64,000 bases of DNA from an uncultured cyanobacterium. GTDB lineage: Bacteria; Cyanobacteriota; Cyanobacteriia; Phormidesmidales; Phormidesmidaceae. The DNA lies in the NCBI GenBank assembly GCA_963793265.1, contig CAWBZI010000001.1:1024001-1088000 (forward strand), in the 5' to 3' direction. Positions within the stretch are counted from its first letter, which is position 1. The number at the start of each line of letters is the position of its first letter. The notes beneath the pieces were generated by a model, which made no database searches, was not told where the DNA came from, and saw nothing but the letters and a program-made list of their open reading frames with translations. Shown piece after piece: positions 18,658 to 29,792 of the stretch. Both the position numbers and the translations under genes were made by a program.

Positions 18658-20932
18658 TTAACCTACTGATATCATTCGAGCCAGGAAGAACGCCCATGTG
18701 GTGGCAATTCCGCCTAAGAGGTAGTGAGCTACACCGACTGCACGGCCTTGAGTAATACTCAACGCGCGTGGCTGAATCGCCGGAGCTACTTTCAGCTTGT
18801 TGTGAGCCCAAACAATAGACTCAATAAGCTCCTGCCAGTAGCCGCGACCGCTGAACAAGAACATGAGGCTGAAGGCCCAGATGAAGTGGGCACCTAAGAA
18901 CATCAAACCGTAGGCCGACAAAGCCGAGCCGTAGGTGTTGATGACCTGCGTGGCTTGCGCCCACAGGTAGTCGCGCAGCCAACCGTTGATGGTGATTGCA
19001 CTTGCGGCAAAGTTGCCGCCGGTAATATGAGAAACCGTGCCGTTATCAGAGACGGTGCCCCACACGTCTGACTGCATCTTCCAACTGAAGTGGAAAATTA
19101 CAATCGAGATGGAGTTGTACATCCAGAACAAGCCAAGGAACACGTGATCCCAAGCTGATACTTGGCAGGTGCCGCCACGACCGGGGCCGTCGCAAGGGAA
19201 TCGGAAGCCCAGTTCAGCCTTATCAGGAATAAGGCGAGAGCTACGCGAATACAGCACACCCTTAAGCAGGATGAGTACGGTCACGTGAATGGTGAACGCG
19301 TGAATGTGGTGAACCATGAAGTCAGCGGTGCCAAGCGTGATTGGCATCATCGCAACCTTGCCGCCCACAGCTACCACGTCGCCGCCAAAGGCATAGCTCG
19401 CAGGAGCAAGTGCGTTAGGCGCGGTGCCAGCAGCAGCGGTTGCAGCAGTGTGCAATCCCTGAATCCACTGGGCGAAGATGGGCTGAAGCTGAATCGCCGT
19501 GTCTGAGAACATGTCTTGGGGGCGACCCAATGCCTGCATGGTGTCGTTGTGAATGTATAGGCCAAAGCTGTGGAAGCCAAGGAAAATACAGACCCAGTTG
19601 AGGTGAGAGATGATCGCATCGCGGACTCTAAGCGTACGGTCGAGCACGTTGTTGACATGCTTGGCCGGGTCGTAGTCGCGAATCAGGGCGATCGCTCCGT
19701 GAGCCCCAGCACCGACGATGATAAATCCACCAATCCACATGTGATGAGTGAACAGCGACACTTGAGTCGCGTAGTCAGTCGCCAGGTAAGGATACGGCGG
19801 CATCGCATACATATGCTGAGCCACGATGATAGTGAGCGAGCCGAGCAAAGCGAGGTTAATCGCAAGCTGAGCGTGCCAGGAAGTCGTCAAGAAGTCGTAT
19901 AGACCCTTGTGACCTTCACCACCAAACAAAAGCGGATCGCCTTTGTGGTTGTCTAAAATCTGCTTGATATTGTGACCAATGCCCCAGTTAGTGCGGTACA
20001 TATGGCCCGCAACTAAAAATAGAACAGCGATCGCCAGGTGATGGTGAGCCGAATCAGTCAGCCACAGACCGCCCGTCACCGGGTTCAATCCACCTTTGAA
20101 GGTAAGAAAGTCTGAGTAGACCGCCCAGTTCAGCGTAAAGAAGGGCTTCAAGCCTTCTGCAAAACCAGGATAAAGCTCAGCCATAAAGGCTTTGTCAAAC
20201 AAGAATTCGTGAGGCAGCGGAATGTCCGCAGGCGCCACGCCCGCATCCAACAGTTTGTTGATGGGCGCGGCTACGTGAATCTGGTGGCCTGCCCAAGACA
20301 GTGAACCCAAGCCCAGCAGTACAGCCAGGTGGTGGTTCAGCATGGATTCCACGTTTTGGAACCACTCCAGCTTCGGAGCTGCCTTGTGGTAATGGAACCA
20401 GCCAGCAAACAGCATCAAAGCCGCCATTACCAAGCCGCCAATTGCGGTGGCGTAGAGCTGAGTTGTGTTTGTAAAGCCAGAGGCGCGCCAGAGCTGAAAC
20501 AGACCAGACGTGATCTGAATGCCGTGGAAGCCGCCGCCGACATCAGCGTTCAAGATCTCTTGGCCAACGATGGGCCAAACGACCTGAGCACTAGGCTTAA
20601 CAGCCAACGGGTTGGCCATCCAACCTTCAAAGTTTGAAAAGCGAGCGCCATGGAAGTACATGCCACTCAGCCAGATGAACACAACGGCCAGGTGACCGAA
20701 GTGAGCGCTAAAGATTTTCCGAGAAATGTCTTCGAGGTCACTGGTGTGGGTATCGAAGTCGTGAGCGTCGGCGTGAAGGTTCCAAATCCAAGTGGTAGTT
20801 TTGGGTGCCCCGAGCCAGTGTCCGGTCAAAATGACCTGGCTTGGCCCACTTCTCAAACGAAGTGGGGGTCGGGTTCTTATCAACCACTACCTTGGCTTTT
20901 TTTGCCTCCCGCTCGCGCGGGGTAGTTGTCAT
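18658..20932 (-). CDS. psaA: Photosystem I P700 apoprotein A1, with an apparent +1 frameshift near 20806
   Basis: N-terminus [11 protein letters not shown]...[17 protein letters not shown] in one frame and [18 protein letters not shown]...[13 protein letters not shown] in another; GAGGAG RBS before the ATG at 20932. Confidence 0.95.
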
Positions 20933-21650
20933 GGAGACTCTCCTCTCTAGACAGAGAAAGAACGGTGTCATTTACAAGCGTTGGGCCAAAGCGTTAGGCG
21001 ATCCAGCCAGTAGGCGCATAGCGTTAGCTGATGATGCGCTCCAGCAAGCTTTTAAGGAAAAGCTTGAAAAGAGAGCATTGCTTCGCGACAGCCTCTGCAA
21101 AGAGGAATCTACCAGACCGGATCTCTTTTAAAAGACCGCATGTGCATGAAAGTAACGTTTCTAAAAAAACCGGAAACCCGGATCAATCGAAGGCTATTTT
21201 CATCGGCCTAAACCCAAGCAAAGTAAAGGAATGTTCTCACGTATTATAGTCACGCTTTTGGCACCCGCTGACGCTAAGTTAACAAACCTTCAACCAGCGA
21301 AAATGCCGAGCCCAAAAGGTTTTCGCGCTTACCCGTACAGTTATTCGCAGGCAACTTACAGCCCTTTTAACAAAACGACATAAATTTCTCTGGCCAACGC
21401 TTTTTGCTGGCTTTTTTGCCCTCAATTGCCGGTTCACGAGAGAAATTTGACGACTAGGTATAGAGAGAGACAGAAAAGCTGTAAAGTTTTGCTCTTTTTG
21501 AAGAACTTTTATGAACTATGAGTGCAATTAGAGGATAGACGATTGCCTCATCAAACCGCCAAACAAACCTAAAGCCAACAGAAATTTAAGCTCAGTGAGA
21601 ATGAGCACCAACCGTCCCATATGATCGGTCTATAACTTTTAGGAGCGGGC

Positions 21651-23523
21651 ATGGGTTTCGCGAAGCAGATCAAACGGTGGGCATTGCAGCAGGCAGAACG
21701 ATTAGCGAGCAGTCTCAGGCGCACCACACTTAATGGACTAATCGGCAGCTTAATTGCCCTACTGCTACTAGGTTGCGCCAATCGTTCGCAGTCTGTTCGG
21801 CTCCTAGAGCTACCTGATATTCCCGACATAGGCGAAGAAAGACGGCTAGGCGGCGGCATGAGTGAAGTAGCGCCCCCAGCAATTTTCTTGGATCTAAACG
21901 AGCTAGTAGCAGACATGCGTCCACAGGTGGCGATCGCCTCTCCAAAGCCTGACCAAACCCTAACCACCACGACCATCACCCCGCAGCTAACCCTACGCGG
22001 CCTCTCTATATATAAGGACAAAGATCTAAACCTCGGCCCCCATCTCCAGATCATTCTCGACAACCAGCCTGCCCAGTCGGTCTACAGCCTAGACGAGCCA
22101 ATTGAATTCTCTGAGCTAGCCCCCGGCAGTCATACCCTGCGCGTACTTGCCGTAAAACCCTGGGGCGAAAGCTTCAAAAACGAAGAAGCCTACGCCCAAA
22201 CCACCTTTCACGTTTTCGCCAAAACCAACGAGAACACCCCCACAGCAAGAGCAGCCGCAGCTAGTCTACAGCGAGCCGCAAGGCACCTATGGCGCGCAGC
22301 CCGTTCTTCTCGACTTCTACCTCAATAATGCACCGCTACATTTTCTGGCCGAGAGCGATCCCGAGATCACAGACTGGCGGATACGCTGCAATGTCAACGG
22401 TCAAAGCTTTGTGTTTGACCAGTGGCAGCCGGTTTATCTCAAAGGCTTCAAGCCAGGACAGAACTGGGTGCAGCTCACCTTGATAGATCAGCAGGGCAGA
22501 ACCATTGACAATGAATTTAATAGCACCGTCCGCCTCGTCAACTACGATCCTGAGCTGAAAGATACGCTATCAAGGCTCACCCGAGGCGAGCTACCGCTTA
22601 ATGAAGCCGGGCAACTGGTAGATCCTAACTACGAGCCGCCAGCAGAAGCGATCGCCCCCACAGCACCAATAGCCCCTGTTGTCCCTATCGAACCCGCCGT
22701 TGAGGACAAAACTGAGCCAAACGCTATCGAAAGCGAAAAGCCTACTGAGCCTGATGCAAAAATCGTACTGCCCAAAGAAAGCTTGCCAGGGTCACTAGAA
22801 GAACCTGCCAAAGAACCAAGCGGCATTCTAGAAGAAGCAACTGACGCTGCGCCTATCGATTTTAGTGACAGTGAATTTAGTGACTTTGATAAGTTCGTTG
22901 AGGATAGAGTTATCGAGGAAGAAGCGACTGAGGAAAGTGATGGGCCCGCCTTTGAAGAAGCCGCTGAGGATGCTGCTATTAAAGACGCTATTGAGAGCGA
23001 GCCATCACCAGACTTTGGGGAAGCTTCCGAAGCTTTAGAAGCAGTTGACAGGGAAGAAGCTGCTAGCGAAGAAGCGCTTATGGAAGAGATAGACGAAACT
23101 GAGAATGATAGCGAAGAAATTTTTGAGGAAAGTGGCTCACCTATCGACGAGGAATTATTCACCGAAGATGAGCCACCTACTGAAGACGAACCATCTCTAA
23201 CAGGTGAAGTAGAATCAGACATTCAAGTAGACGATCCGCCGCCTGCTAGCGCTAGCTTTTTTGATCGGATTCAATCGTCTTGGCGATCGCTAAACACTCC
23301 CAAGCCAACCCAGACAAATGAATCTACCCCTAACATTCCTGAACCGCCCACAATACTTGAGCCACCCGCAGACGATTTCCCTATAGAAAATCCACTGCTC
23401 ATCCCCGAACTACAGCTATCAGATCTCGACGAGTTGAGTACAGAAACGACCATCCCCGACACCTTACAAAGCCCAGAAACGCCTACCGCAGTCCCAGAAC
23501 TCGCGCTTGACGCTATCGATTGA
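21651..23523 (+). CDS. Conserved cyanobacterial lipoprotein-like protein with acidic Pro-rich tail, apparent +1 frameshift near 22247
   Basis: LLLGC lipobox-like, GPHLQIILDN, PWGESFKN; removing one A in GCAAGAG gives continuous TPTAEQPQLVYSEPQGTYGAQPVLLDFYL into ORF 22411-23523. Confidence 0.75.
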
Positions 23524-23625
23524 CCAAGATCACATCAAACATCAGCCCAAATGGTTTGAAACAATTCATCTGGGCAAAATATGACTAAACAACTGATAGA
23601 ACAGTCATATAGATGAGGTGCTGAA

Positions 23626-24810
23626 TTGTTTAAAGCAGCAGTGGGCCATGGGATTGATCCAGACTCTATCGGTGCTATCGAAGAAGCCTTAGAGCAGTGC
23701 GCTGAAGCGTTAGCGGACGATATTCCGCAGGCAGGCATCGTCATCGGTGCCATTGATTTTGAGTACGAAGAGATCCTTGAATATATTCGAGAGCGCTATC
23801 CAAACGTCGTACTGATAGGCGGCACTAGCATCGGTGAAATGTCTTCGGCAATGGCTTTTCAGGAAGACTCGCTGACGCTGATGCTGTTTTGCTCTGATGA
23901 AGTGAGCTTTGGAGTCGGCGTAGGGTATGAGGCCAGCGAAGATACGATTGCCTCTGCAAAATCAGCGATCGCCCAAGCCACAGCCGGAAAAGACCTTTCA
24001 GAGGTAAAGCTCTGCTACAGCTTAGGCGACGGACTCAGCCTTGATGGCGTCGCCATGGTCGCAGGACTTAAGGAAGCCGTAGGTTGCGGCATACCCATAG
24101 TCGGCGGACTTACAGCCGAAGATTGGCAGTTCGAGCACACCTATCAGCTCATCAGCACGCCTGATAAAACCGAAGTTTTACAAAACGCCATTGTGGCGCT
24201 AACGTTCGCGGGCAACCTCAATGTTTCTTACGGAACAGCTACAGGTCAGCGGCCCATCGGCCTCAAAGGCAAAGTCACTAAGTCTATCAGCAACATTCTC
24301 TACGAAATTGACGAGAAACCCGCTAAGAATTTCTACGTGCATACCCTCGGAGAAGGCGACGTAGCGGTAGTCAGGAGTGGTTCTTGGGGAAGTGCGATCG
24401 CGGTGTACGAACCCGAAGAAACAGACTTTTATGTGCGATCGCCTAACCTAGATGGAAACCCTGATGGCAGCATTGCTTTCTTTGGACACGTAGCCGAACA
24501 GGCCATCGTTCAGCTCACAGAATCTGATAGTGAAAGCTTGTTATCCTCTGCCCAAGAAGCGTTTCAAAAAGCACAGGCAGCCTATCCTGGCACTGAGCCA
24601 GCAGCGGCTTTGATGGTATCTTGCGCATCGCGGATGAAGGCTTTGGGGACTCGCGTGGGTGAAGAGTATAAGCTGACCGAAGATTTTTTGGGCAAGCAGC
24701 TACCTAGCATCGGTTTCTATGCCTATGGAGAAATCAGCCCGTTTACCGGCAAAACAGATGCTCATTTTCACAACGAAACCTTTACAGCTCTCCTCATCGG
24801 AACGCGATAA
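23626..24810 (+). CDS. FIST N/C domain sensory protein (NosP-like)
   Basis: IGGTSIGE, PIVGGLTA, SCASR, GFYAYGEISP, FHNET; GAGGTG RBS. Confidence 0.9.
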   Translation: MFKAAVGHGIDPDSIGAIEEALEQCAEALADDIPQAGIVIGAIDFEYEEILEYIRERYPNVVLIGGTSIGEMSSAMAFQEDSLTLMLFCSDEVSFGVGVGYEASEDTIASAKSAIAQATAGKDLSEVKLCYSLGDGLSLDGVAMVAGLKEAVGCGIPIVGGLTAEDWQFEHTYQLISTPDKTEVLQNAIVALTFAGNLNVSYGTATGQRPIGLKGKVTKSISNILYEIDEKPAKNFYVHTLGEGDVAVVRSGSWGSAIAVYEPEETDFYVRSPNLDGNPDGSIAFFGHVAEQAIVQLTESDSESLLSSAQEAFQKAQAAYPGTEPAAALMVSCASRMKALGTRVGEEYKLTEDFLGKQLPSIGFYAYGEISPFTGKTDAHFHNETFTALLIGTR

Positions 24811-25989
24811 GTGACCTCTTCAACCTCAGCAGCACCTCAGGGCCAAAGTGATAGGCCAAACGACGACAGTCAGGCAGGCGATATTCAAAAAGAAATAAAA
24901 GCTCTGACAAAGGCCAACCGAATTTTACAAAAGCGGTTGACGAGATCAGAAAAAACACGGGCCGAAATGGAAGCGGTGACAGAGCAGCGTGAGCAAGGAC
25001 TGAAGGCAGCTTTGCAAAAGGCTGAAAGCGATCGCGCCCAGATTACCGAAGCCAAAGCACAGCTCACAGTACTCAACCAAAAGCTCGCTGAGCGCATCGA
25101 AGCTGAAACGGCTGCTTTGAATGAGGCAACTGATAGCCTGCAGCAGGCTAAGGTGCAGGTCGTAAAGAGTGAGAAGTTTTCGACGTTAGGAGAGTTGGTT
25201 GCAGGCGTCGCTCACGAAATCAACAATCCCATCGGCTGCATCACCAGCAACATTAGATTCGTTGAAGAATATGGTGAGATGCTATTGAAGCATGTGGCTA
25301 TTCAGCAACAGGTGATAGAAGCACATGCACAGCATATCGCTCCGGCAGATCTCGAAAAGATAGAAGATCATGCTGAAGATATTGACCTGGAATATATCGC
25401 AGAAGATTTACCGAAGCTGATTACGTCAATGGCGACCAGTGGCGATCGCATCAAAGCCATCAGCCGATCACTGCGCACATTCGCCCGCTCAGACATTGCT
25501 GAAAAGCAGCCCTACGACATCCATCAAGGTATCGATGGCACCCTGCTTATTTTGCGGCATCGAATGAAAGCATTTGGCGATCGCCCTGCTATCACCGTCA
25601 TCCAAAACTACGGTTCCATTCCAGCAATTCACTGCTATCCCGGCCAGATTAATCAGGTGTTTATGAACATCATTGCCAACGCTATTGATGCGATGGACGA
25701 GGGCGAAAAGCCTTCTGGCCCCCGAGAAATTTCTATCACCACGCTTACTGAACAGCCTGACGCGCAGCGGATTATCGTCGAAATTAGCGACAATGCCGGA
25801 GGAATGTCCGAGGATGTGCGATCACGCATCTTCGAGAGCCAGTTCACCACCAAAGCCGCCGAAAAAGGCACTGGCCTCGGCCTTTCCATTGCCCGCCAGA
25901 TTGTGATCGACACCCATCAGGGCGAAATTGAGTGCAGCTCGACGCTGGGTCAAGGTACCACATTCAAAATTACGCTGCCGGTTAGCTAG
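24811..25989 (+). CDS. Soluble sensor histidine kinase
   Basis: Coiled coil, LVAGVAHEINNP (H box), QVFMNIIANAIDA (N), DNAGG (G1), FTTK, GTGLGL (G2); starts right after the FIST stop codon. Confidence 0.93.
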   Translation: MTSSTSAAPQGQSDRPNDDSQAGDIQKEIKALTKANRILQKRLTRSEKTRAEMEAVTEQREQGLKAALQKAESDRAQITEAKAQLTVLNQKLAERIEAETAALNEATDSLQQAKVQVVKSEKFSTLGELVAGVAHEINNPIGCITSNIRFVEEYGEMLLKHVAIQQQVIEAHAQHIAPADLEKIEDHAEDIDLEYIAEDLPKLITSMATSGDRIKAISRSLRTFARSDIAEKQPYDIHQGIDGTLLILRHRMKAFGDRPAITVIQNYGSIPAIHCYPGQINQVFMNIIANAIDAMDEGEKPSGPREISITTLTEQPDAQRIIVEISDNAGGMSEDVRSRIFESQFTTKAAEKGTGLGLSIARQIVIDTHQGEIECSSTLGQGTTFKITLPVS

Positions 25990-25992
25990 CGC

Positions 25993-26982
25993 CTACAGAT
26001 CACAAGATTCGGGTTTAAGTTCGCGCTCCATCAGGGCTCCTAGCGCCTCTTGTGGCGTAATTCGGCCCTTGAGCAAGCGATCAACCTGGCGCGAGATGGG
26101 GACGGGAATGCCTTCGCGGTTTGCGATCGCAATCAAAACATCCGCCGTATTCACACCCTCAGCCGTTCCGCCCAGCTCTTCTAAAATCTGCTCTAACGTC
26201 TTACCCTGCGCCAAGCCGTAGCCGACCCGATAGTTACGGCTCAAGCTACTGCTACAGGTCGCGAGCATATCGCCCAGGCCGCTAAGCCCATAAAAAGTCT
26301 CAACTTCCGCCGCGCCCAAGTGCATCCCAATCCGAATCACTTCCGGTAGCGCCCGCGTCATCAGCGCGCATTTTGCGTTCGTTCCTAAGTCCAAGCCATC
26401 GCAAACGCCCACCGCGATCGCCATCACATTTTTCAGCGTTCCGCCCAGCTCAGCGCCCAGCGGATCAGGGCTCGTATACACCCGAAACTGATCGGAAGAA
26501 AACATAGTCTGCACCGTTTCAGCCGCTGCCAAGTCCGCGCTCGCAATCACTGTCGCCGCAGGCAGTCCCTTATCAATTTCCTTAGAAAGATTAGGGCCAG
26601 ATAGCACCGCTACCGGATTATTTGGAAACGTCTGCTGAAAAATCTGTGACGGCGTTCGCGTCGTTTCAGGGTCTAGCCCTTTAGTCGCCGTCAATAAAAT
26701 GACGTGCTCTGGTAGCGACAAAGCCTCTAGCTGACGCGCAATCGACGCCACCCCTTTCATCGAAATCGCTGACAGAATAATGTCAGCCCCCTCAACGACC
26801 TCACCCAAATCGCGACCGTTACGACGCGACCAAACCCGTACGGTATGGCCGTTGTACTTAGCGAGCTGGGCTAGCGCCGACCCCCAAGCTCCCGACCCTA
26901 ACACCGCTAGTTGAAAAACCTGACTCGCCTGCGTTTGACTAGAGGCTGAGGGTGTTGAAGTAATCGTGGCAGAGGCCGACAT
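25993..26982 (-). CDS. gpsA: NAD(P)H-dependent glycerol-3-phosphate dehydrogenase
   Basis: GSGAWG, TKGL, LSGPNL, GGTLKNVMAI, GLSGLGD, SRNY..G, AEGV. Confidence 0.93.
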   Translation of the reverse strand: MSASATITSTPSASSQTQASQVFQLAVLGSGAWGSALAQLAKYNGHTVRVWSRRNGRDLGEVVEGADIILSAISMKGVASIARQLEALSLPEHVILLTATKGLDPETTRTPSQIFQQTFPNNPVAVLSGPNLSKEIDKGLPAATVIASADLAAAETVQTMFSSDQFRVYTSPDPLGAELGGTLKNVMAIAVGVCDGLDLGTNAKCALMTRALPEVIRIGMHLGAAEVETFYGLSGLGDMLATCSSSLSRNYRVGYGLAQGKTLEQILEELGGTAEGVNTADVLIAIANREGIPVPISRQVDRLLKGRITPQEALGALMERELKPESCDL

Positions 26983-27048
26983 AAAAGGGATCTCCTAAAG
27001 AGCAAAAGCAAAAAAAGCAAATGCAAGATCAATAATAAGCACTTCGCC

Positions 27049-28809
27049 CTAGCCTACCGCAAGCTGAGGTTCTAGCTCACCAGAACGGGCCGCCGGTTCA
27101 CTAGAATATTCGCTGCCCAACACATCGCTAATAGCATAGTCAGGAATACAGTTTTCAGCCATCAGCCGCTTGTATCGGTCAACAGAATCAGCACATTTCT
27201 GCTCGCTCCAACCACAGTGATCCTTCAAAGTTTGCACAATCACATCCAAACCGCTGAGCCCATAGGCCGACTGCAAAGACATCATCGTTCGCCGCCGACA
27301 GATGTCCGAAATTGTACAGGCCATCTCCGAGTTCACCGCGTACACAACCTGCGCTTTAATATCTGGCAAACCATCCGCAATGGGCTCAGCTAGCTCTGGC
27401 GCGTCGTCAATAAGCTGCAACAGGCCAAAAGTGCGTGCGCCGTAGAGCGTGAATAGGTGGTCAAGAGTAGGGAGTGAAAGGCGATCGCAATACGCCTCAG
27501 TCGCCTCTGCAATCCGAGGATCGGTAGGCAAAATCGCCCCCGGCAGCGTCTGCACGCGCGTTTGGCAAGCCGTCTTACTCGCGCCCTGCCGCTTATAGGC
27601 CCAGTCCACCATCTCCTCACCTACCCGCCGATGGGTCGTGAGCTTACCGCCAATTAAAGACACCATATTCACCACGCCTTCGCGGCTATGGTCATACAAA
27701 ATATGATTACGCGTCACTGCGCCCGGCTTTTTACCTTTCTCATAAGGCAAAGGCCGTACGCCTGAGTAGGTAAACTTCACCGACTCCCGGCTCAGCCGTG
27801 CCGATGGAAATACCTTATTCGTTTCGGTGATCAAGTAGTCAATCTCATCGTTACTCGCCTTCACTCGATCCAAATCGCCCTCGAACCGTAGATCCGTTGT
27901 GCCGATGAGGTACTGGCCTAAAAATGGCAGGATGAAAAAAGGTCGGTTGTCGCTGAGCGCTTCTACGTAAAAGGCCGCTTCTGGGGCACCAGGGAAAGCA
28001 TCCACTACGATGTGGCTCCCTTTGGTGCCGCCAATTCTGTGACTATCGCCCAAGGGCGCATTGCGATCGCCCTCCACCACCTCATCACACACCTCATCAA
28101 CCCAAGGCCCAGAGGTATTCACCACAATCGTTTTATCGTGAGTAGCGATCGCAAACGTCTGCTCAGACAGCTCATCTTTACAGCTCAACGCCGTAATCCG
28201 ATTGCCTTGACGCACCAGCTCGGTCACCTTGACATAGTTCAGCACGTCCGCACCCGCCGCCTGCGCCGACAGCACAATCTCCAAACACAATCGCTCGGCA
28301 TACTCCACCTGCCCGTCATAATATTGCGCCGCGCCCTGCACCCCTTCAGGATTCACCTCCCGAAATAGCTGCTTCAGCTTTCCTTTAGGCAGCATTCGAT
28401 GGTTCAGCAGCGTCTTATCAAAGCTCAGCAGGTCGTACAGCACCATCCCTGCCCAAATTTCCCAGTAGCTCCGTGTACCCTGCGCGTAAATGGGAATCGT
28501 CAGTTGCAATGGATGCACTAAATGAGGCGCGCTTCGCAGCAAGATCTCGCGCTCAGCTAGCGACTCACGCACCAAATTAAACTCAAAATATTCCAGATAG
28601 CGCAGCCCGCCATGCACCAGCCGCGACGACCAGCTCGTTGTGCCACAGGCAAAGTCACCCTTATCAATCAATACAGTCTTCAGCCCTCTCAGCGCAGCGT
28701 CTCTAGCCGTTGCAGCGCCGTTGATACCTCCTCCAATCACGATCAGGTCGTACGCCTGGCTATCAATTGAGGAAAAATCACGTTCAGCTACAGACGATTT
28801 CAAAGGCAT
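27049..28809 (-). CDS. glpD: FAD-dependent glycerol-3-phosphate dehydrogenase
   Basis: IGGGING, GTTSWSSRLVHGGLRYLE, KGSHIVV, GVRPL, GGKLTT. Confidence 0.93.
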   Translation of the reverse strand: MPLKSSVAERDFSSIDSQAYDLIVIGGGINGAATARDAALRGLKTVLIDKGDFACGTTSWSSRLVHGGLRYLEYFEFNLVRESLAEREILLRSAPHLVHPLQLTIPIYAQGTRSYWEIWAGMVLYDLLSFDKTLLNHRMLPKGKLKQLFREVNPEGVQGAAQYYDGQVEYAERLCLEIVLSAQAAGADVLNYVKVTELVRQGNRITALSCKDELSEQTFAIATHDKTIVVNTSGPWVDEVCDEVVEGDRNAPLGDSHRIGGTKGSHIVVDAFPGAPEAAFYVEALSDNRPFFILPFLGQYLIGTTDLRFEGDLDRVKASNDEIDYLITETNKVFPSARLSRESVKFTYSGVRPLPYEKGKKPGAVTRNHILYDHSREGVVNMVSLIGGKLTTHRRVGEEMVDWAYKRQGASKTACQTRVQTLPGAILPTDPRIAEATEAYCDRLSLPTLDHLFTLYGARTFGLLQLIDDAPELAEPIADGLPDIKAQVVYAVNSEMACTISDICRRRTMMSLQSAYGLSGLDVIVQTLKDHCGWSEQKCADSVDRYKRLMAENCIPDYAISDVLGSEYSSEPAARSGELEPQLAVG

Positions 28810-29221
28810 CTTCAAAAAGGATGAGTTACGCAGTTATCCTACCGAATACACCTTAGAAAGACATGTGCATAAAGGACATTTTTAAGGAGGCTGATATCTG
28901 CATGTCTTCAGCTCATAACATGTTTTACCGCGCCAGCAGGGCACAGAACCCTTGTTTTTACATCAATTTTCTTCTGACTATTATTTTTCCAAGGTTGAAA
29001 ATCCATAACCCATGGGGAACACTGGGTCAATCGGGTTCAAGTTCAAGATTTATTAGATTCTTTTAATAATCATGTTACGAATCTCGATACAAAACTTCTC
29101 ACAGTGCTAAAATTCTTAAATGATTTAAGATAATTGAGTAGGAAATACATCGTTAGACAGATGTTACCTTTTCTAACTTAGTGCTTTGAATTTCGTAATT
29201 TCTAGTTGGGGCTTGGGACAG

Positions 29222-29536
29222 ATGGAAGGCAAACTCAAGGAATTAGTTGGCAAGCCCGGTGTTTGGCTTTACATCCAAAGCAGCCAGGGCTGGTTTAAGA
29301 ATGTTGAAATCTTAGAAGTTGGCGACAACGTTCTGACCTTTCGATACGAGTCCGAGTCTGACACTGAGCGCAAAGTGTGGGAAAAAACCACGCGGATCGA
29401 TAACGTTTCAGAGATTGAAGTGCGCTTGGTAGTAGTGCCTAAAATGAACAATCCCCAGCTCGCCGATATTCGCGGGCAGCTCTCAAAGCTCTTGCAAAAA
29501 GACAGTGGCCCTGAGGCTGATAACCGCATCGTATAA
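29222..29536 (+). CDS. Small conserved cyanobacterial protein (DUF6679-like)
   Basis: MEGKLKELVGK..VWLY, W..NVEILEV, WE.TTRID; ATG at 29222. Confidence 0.65.
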   Translation: MEGKLKELVGKPGVWLYIQSSQGWFKNVEILEVGDNVLTFRYESESDTERKVWEKTTRIDNVSEIEVRLVVVPKMNNPQLADIRGQLSKLLQKDSGPEADNRIV

Positions 29537-29573
29537 GGGCCTGTCTAGCTTTTTTATACGTATCTATTTACTG

Positions 29574-29610
29574 AAAGTAGGCTGTCTCTAAAAGGCAGCC
29601 TGCTTTTTTT
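29574..29610 (+). terminator. Intrinsic terminator
   Basis: AAAGTAGGCTGTCT...AGGCAGCCTGC then TTTTTTT. Confidence 0.85.
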
Positions 29611-29675
29611 GCGCTGAAAGTTAATGTCTATTAGGCTAATGATTAGCCTGTAGAATGATGGCTCCGACTCTGTAG

Positions 29676-29753
29676 TCAAATAAGGCCAGAATCAAATAGG
29701 GCCAGAATCAAATAGGGCCAGAATCAAATAGGGCCAGAATCAAATAGGGCCAG
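29676..29753. repeat. 16-bp tandem repeat TCAAATAGGGCCAGAA, about 4.9 copies
   Basis: Units start at 29676 (one mismatch), 29692, 29708, 29724, 29740; no spacers. Confidence 0.95.
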
Positions 29754-29792
29754 GTAGAGAGGCCACCTAGTAGGAGCCACAGCGAACGTCGA

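Noticed and set aside
18658..20883. ORF-track start MIRTRPPL for psaA and the separate 77-aa ORF 20738-20971
   Set aside because: Both are products of the frameshift; the true N-terminus starts at 20932
16497..20925. Many plus-strand ORFs antisense to psaAB
   Set aside because: Shadow ORFs of strongly codon-biased genes with no recognisable motifs
22629..23222. 197-aa Ser-rich minus-strand ORF, and similar ones at 59655-60560
   Set aside because: Antisense mirror of Glu/Asp-rich low-complexity coding sequence
29676..29753. Possible CRISPR array
   Set aside because: Units are 16 bp, directly adjacent, with no spacers and no cas genes
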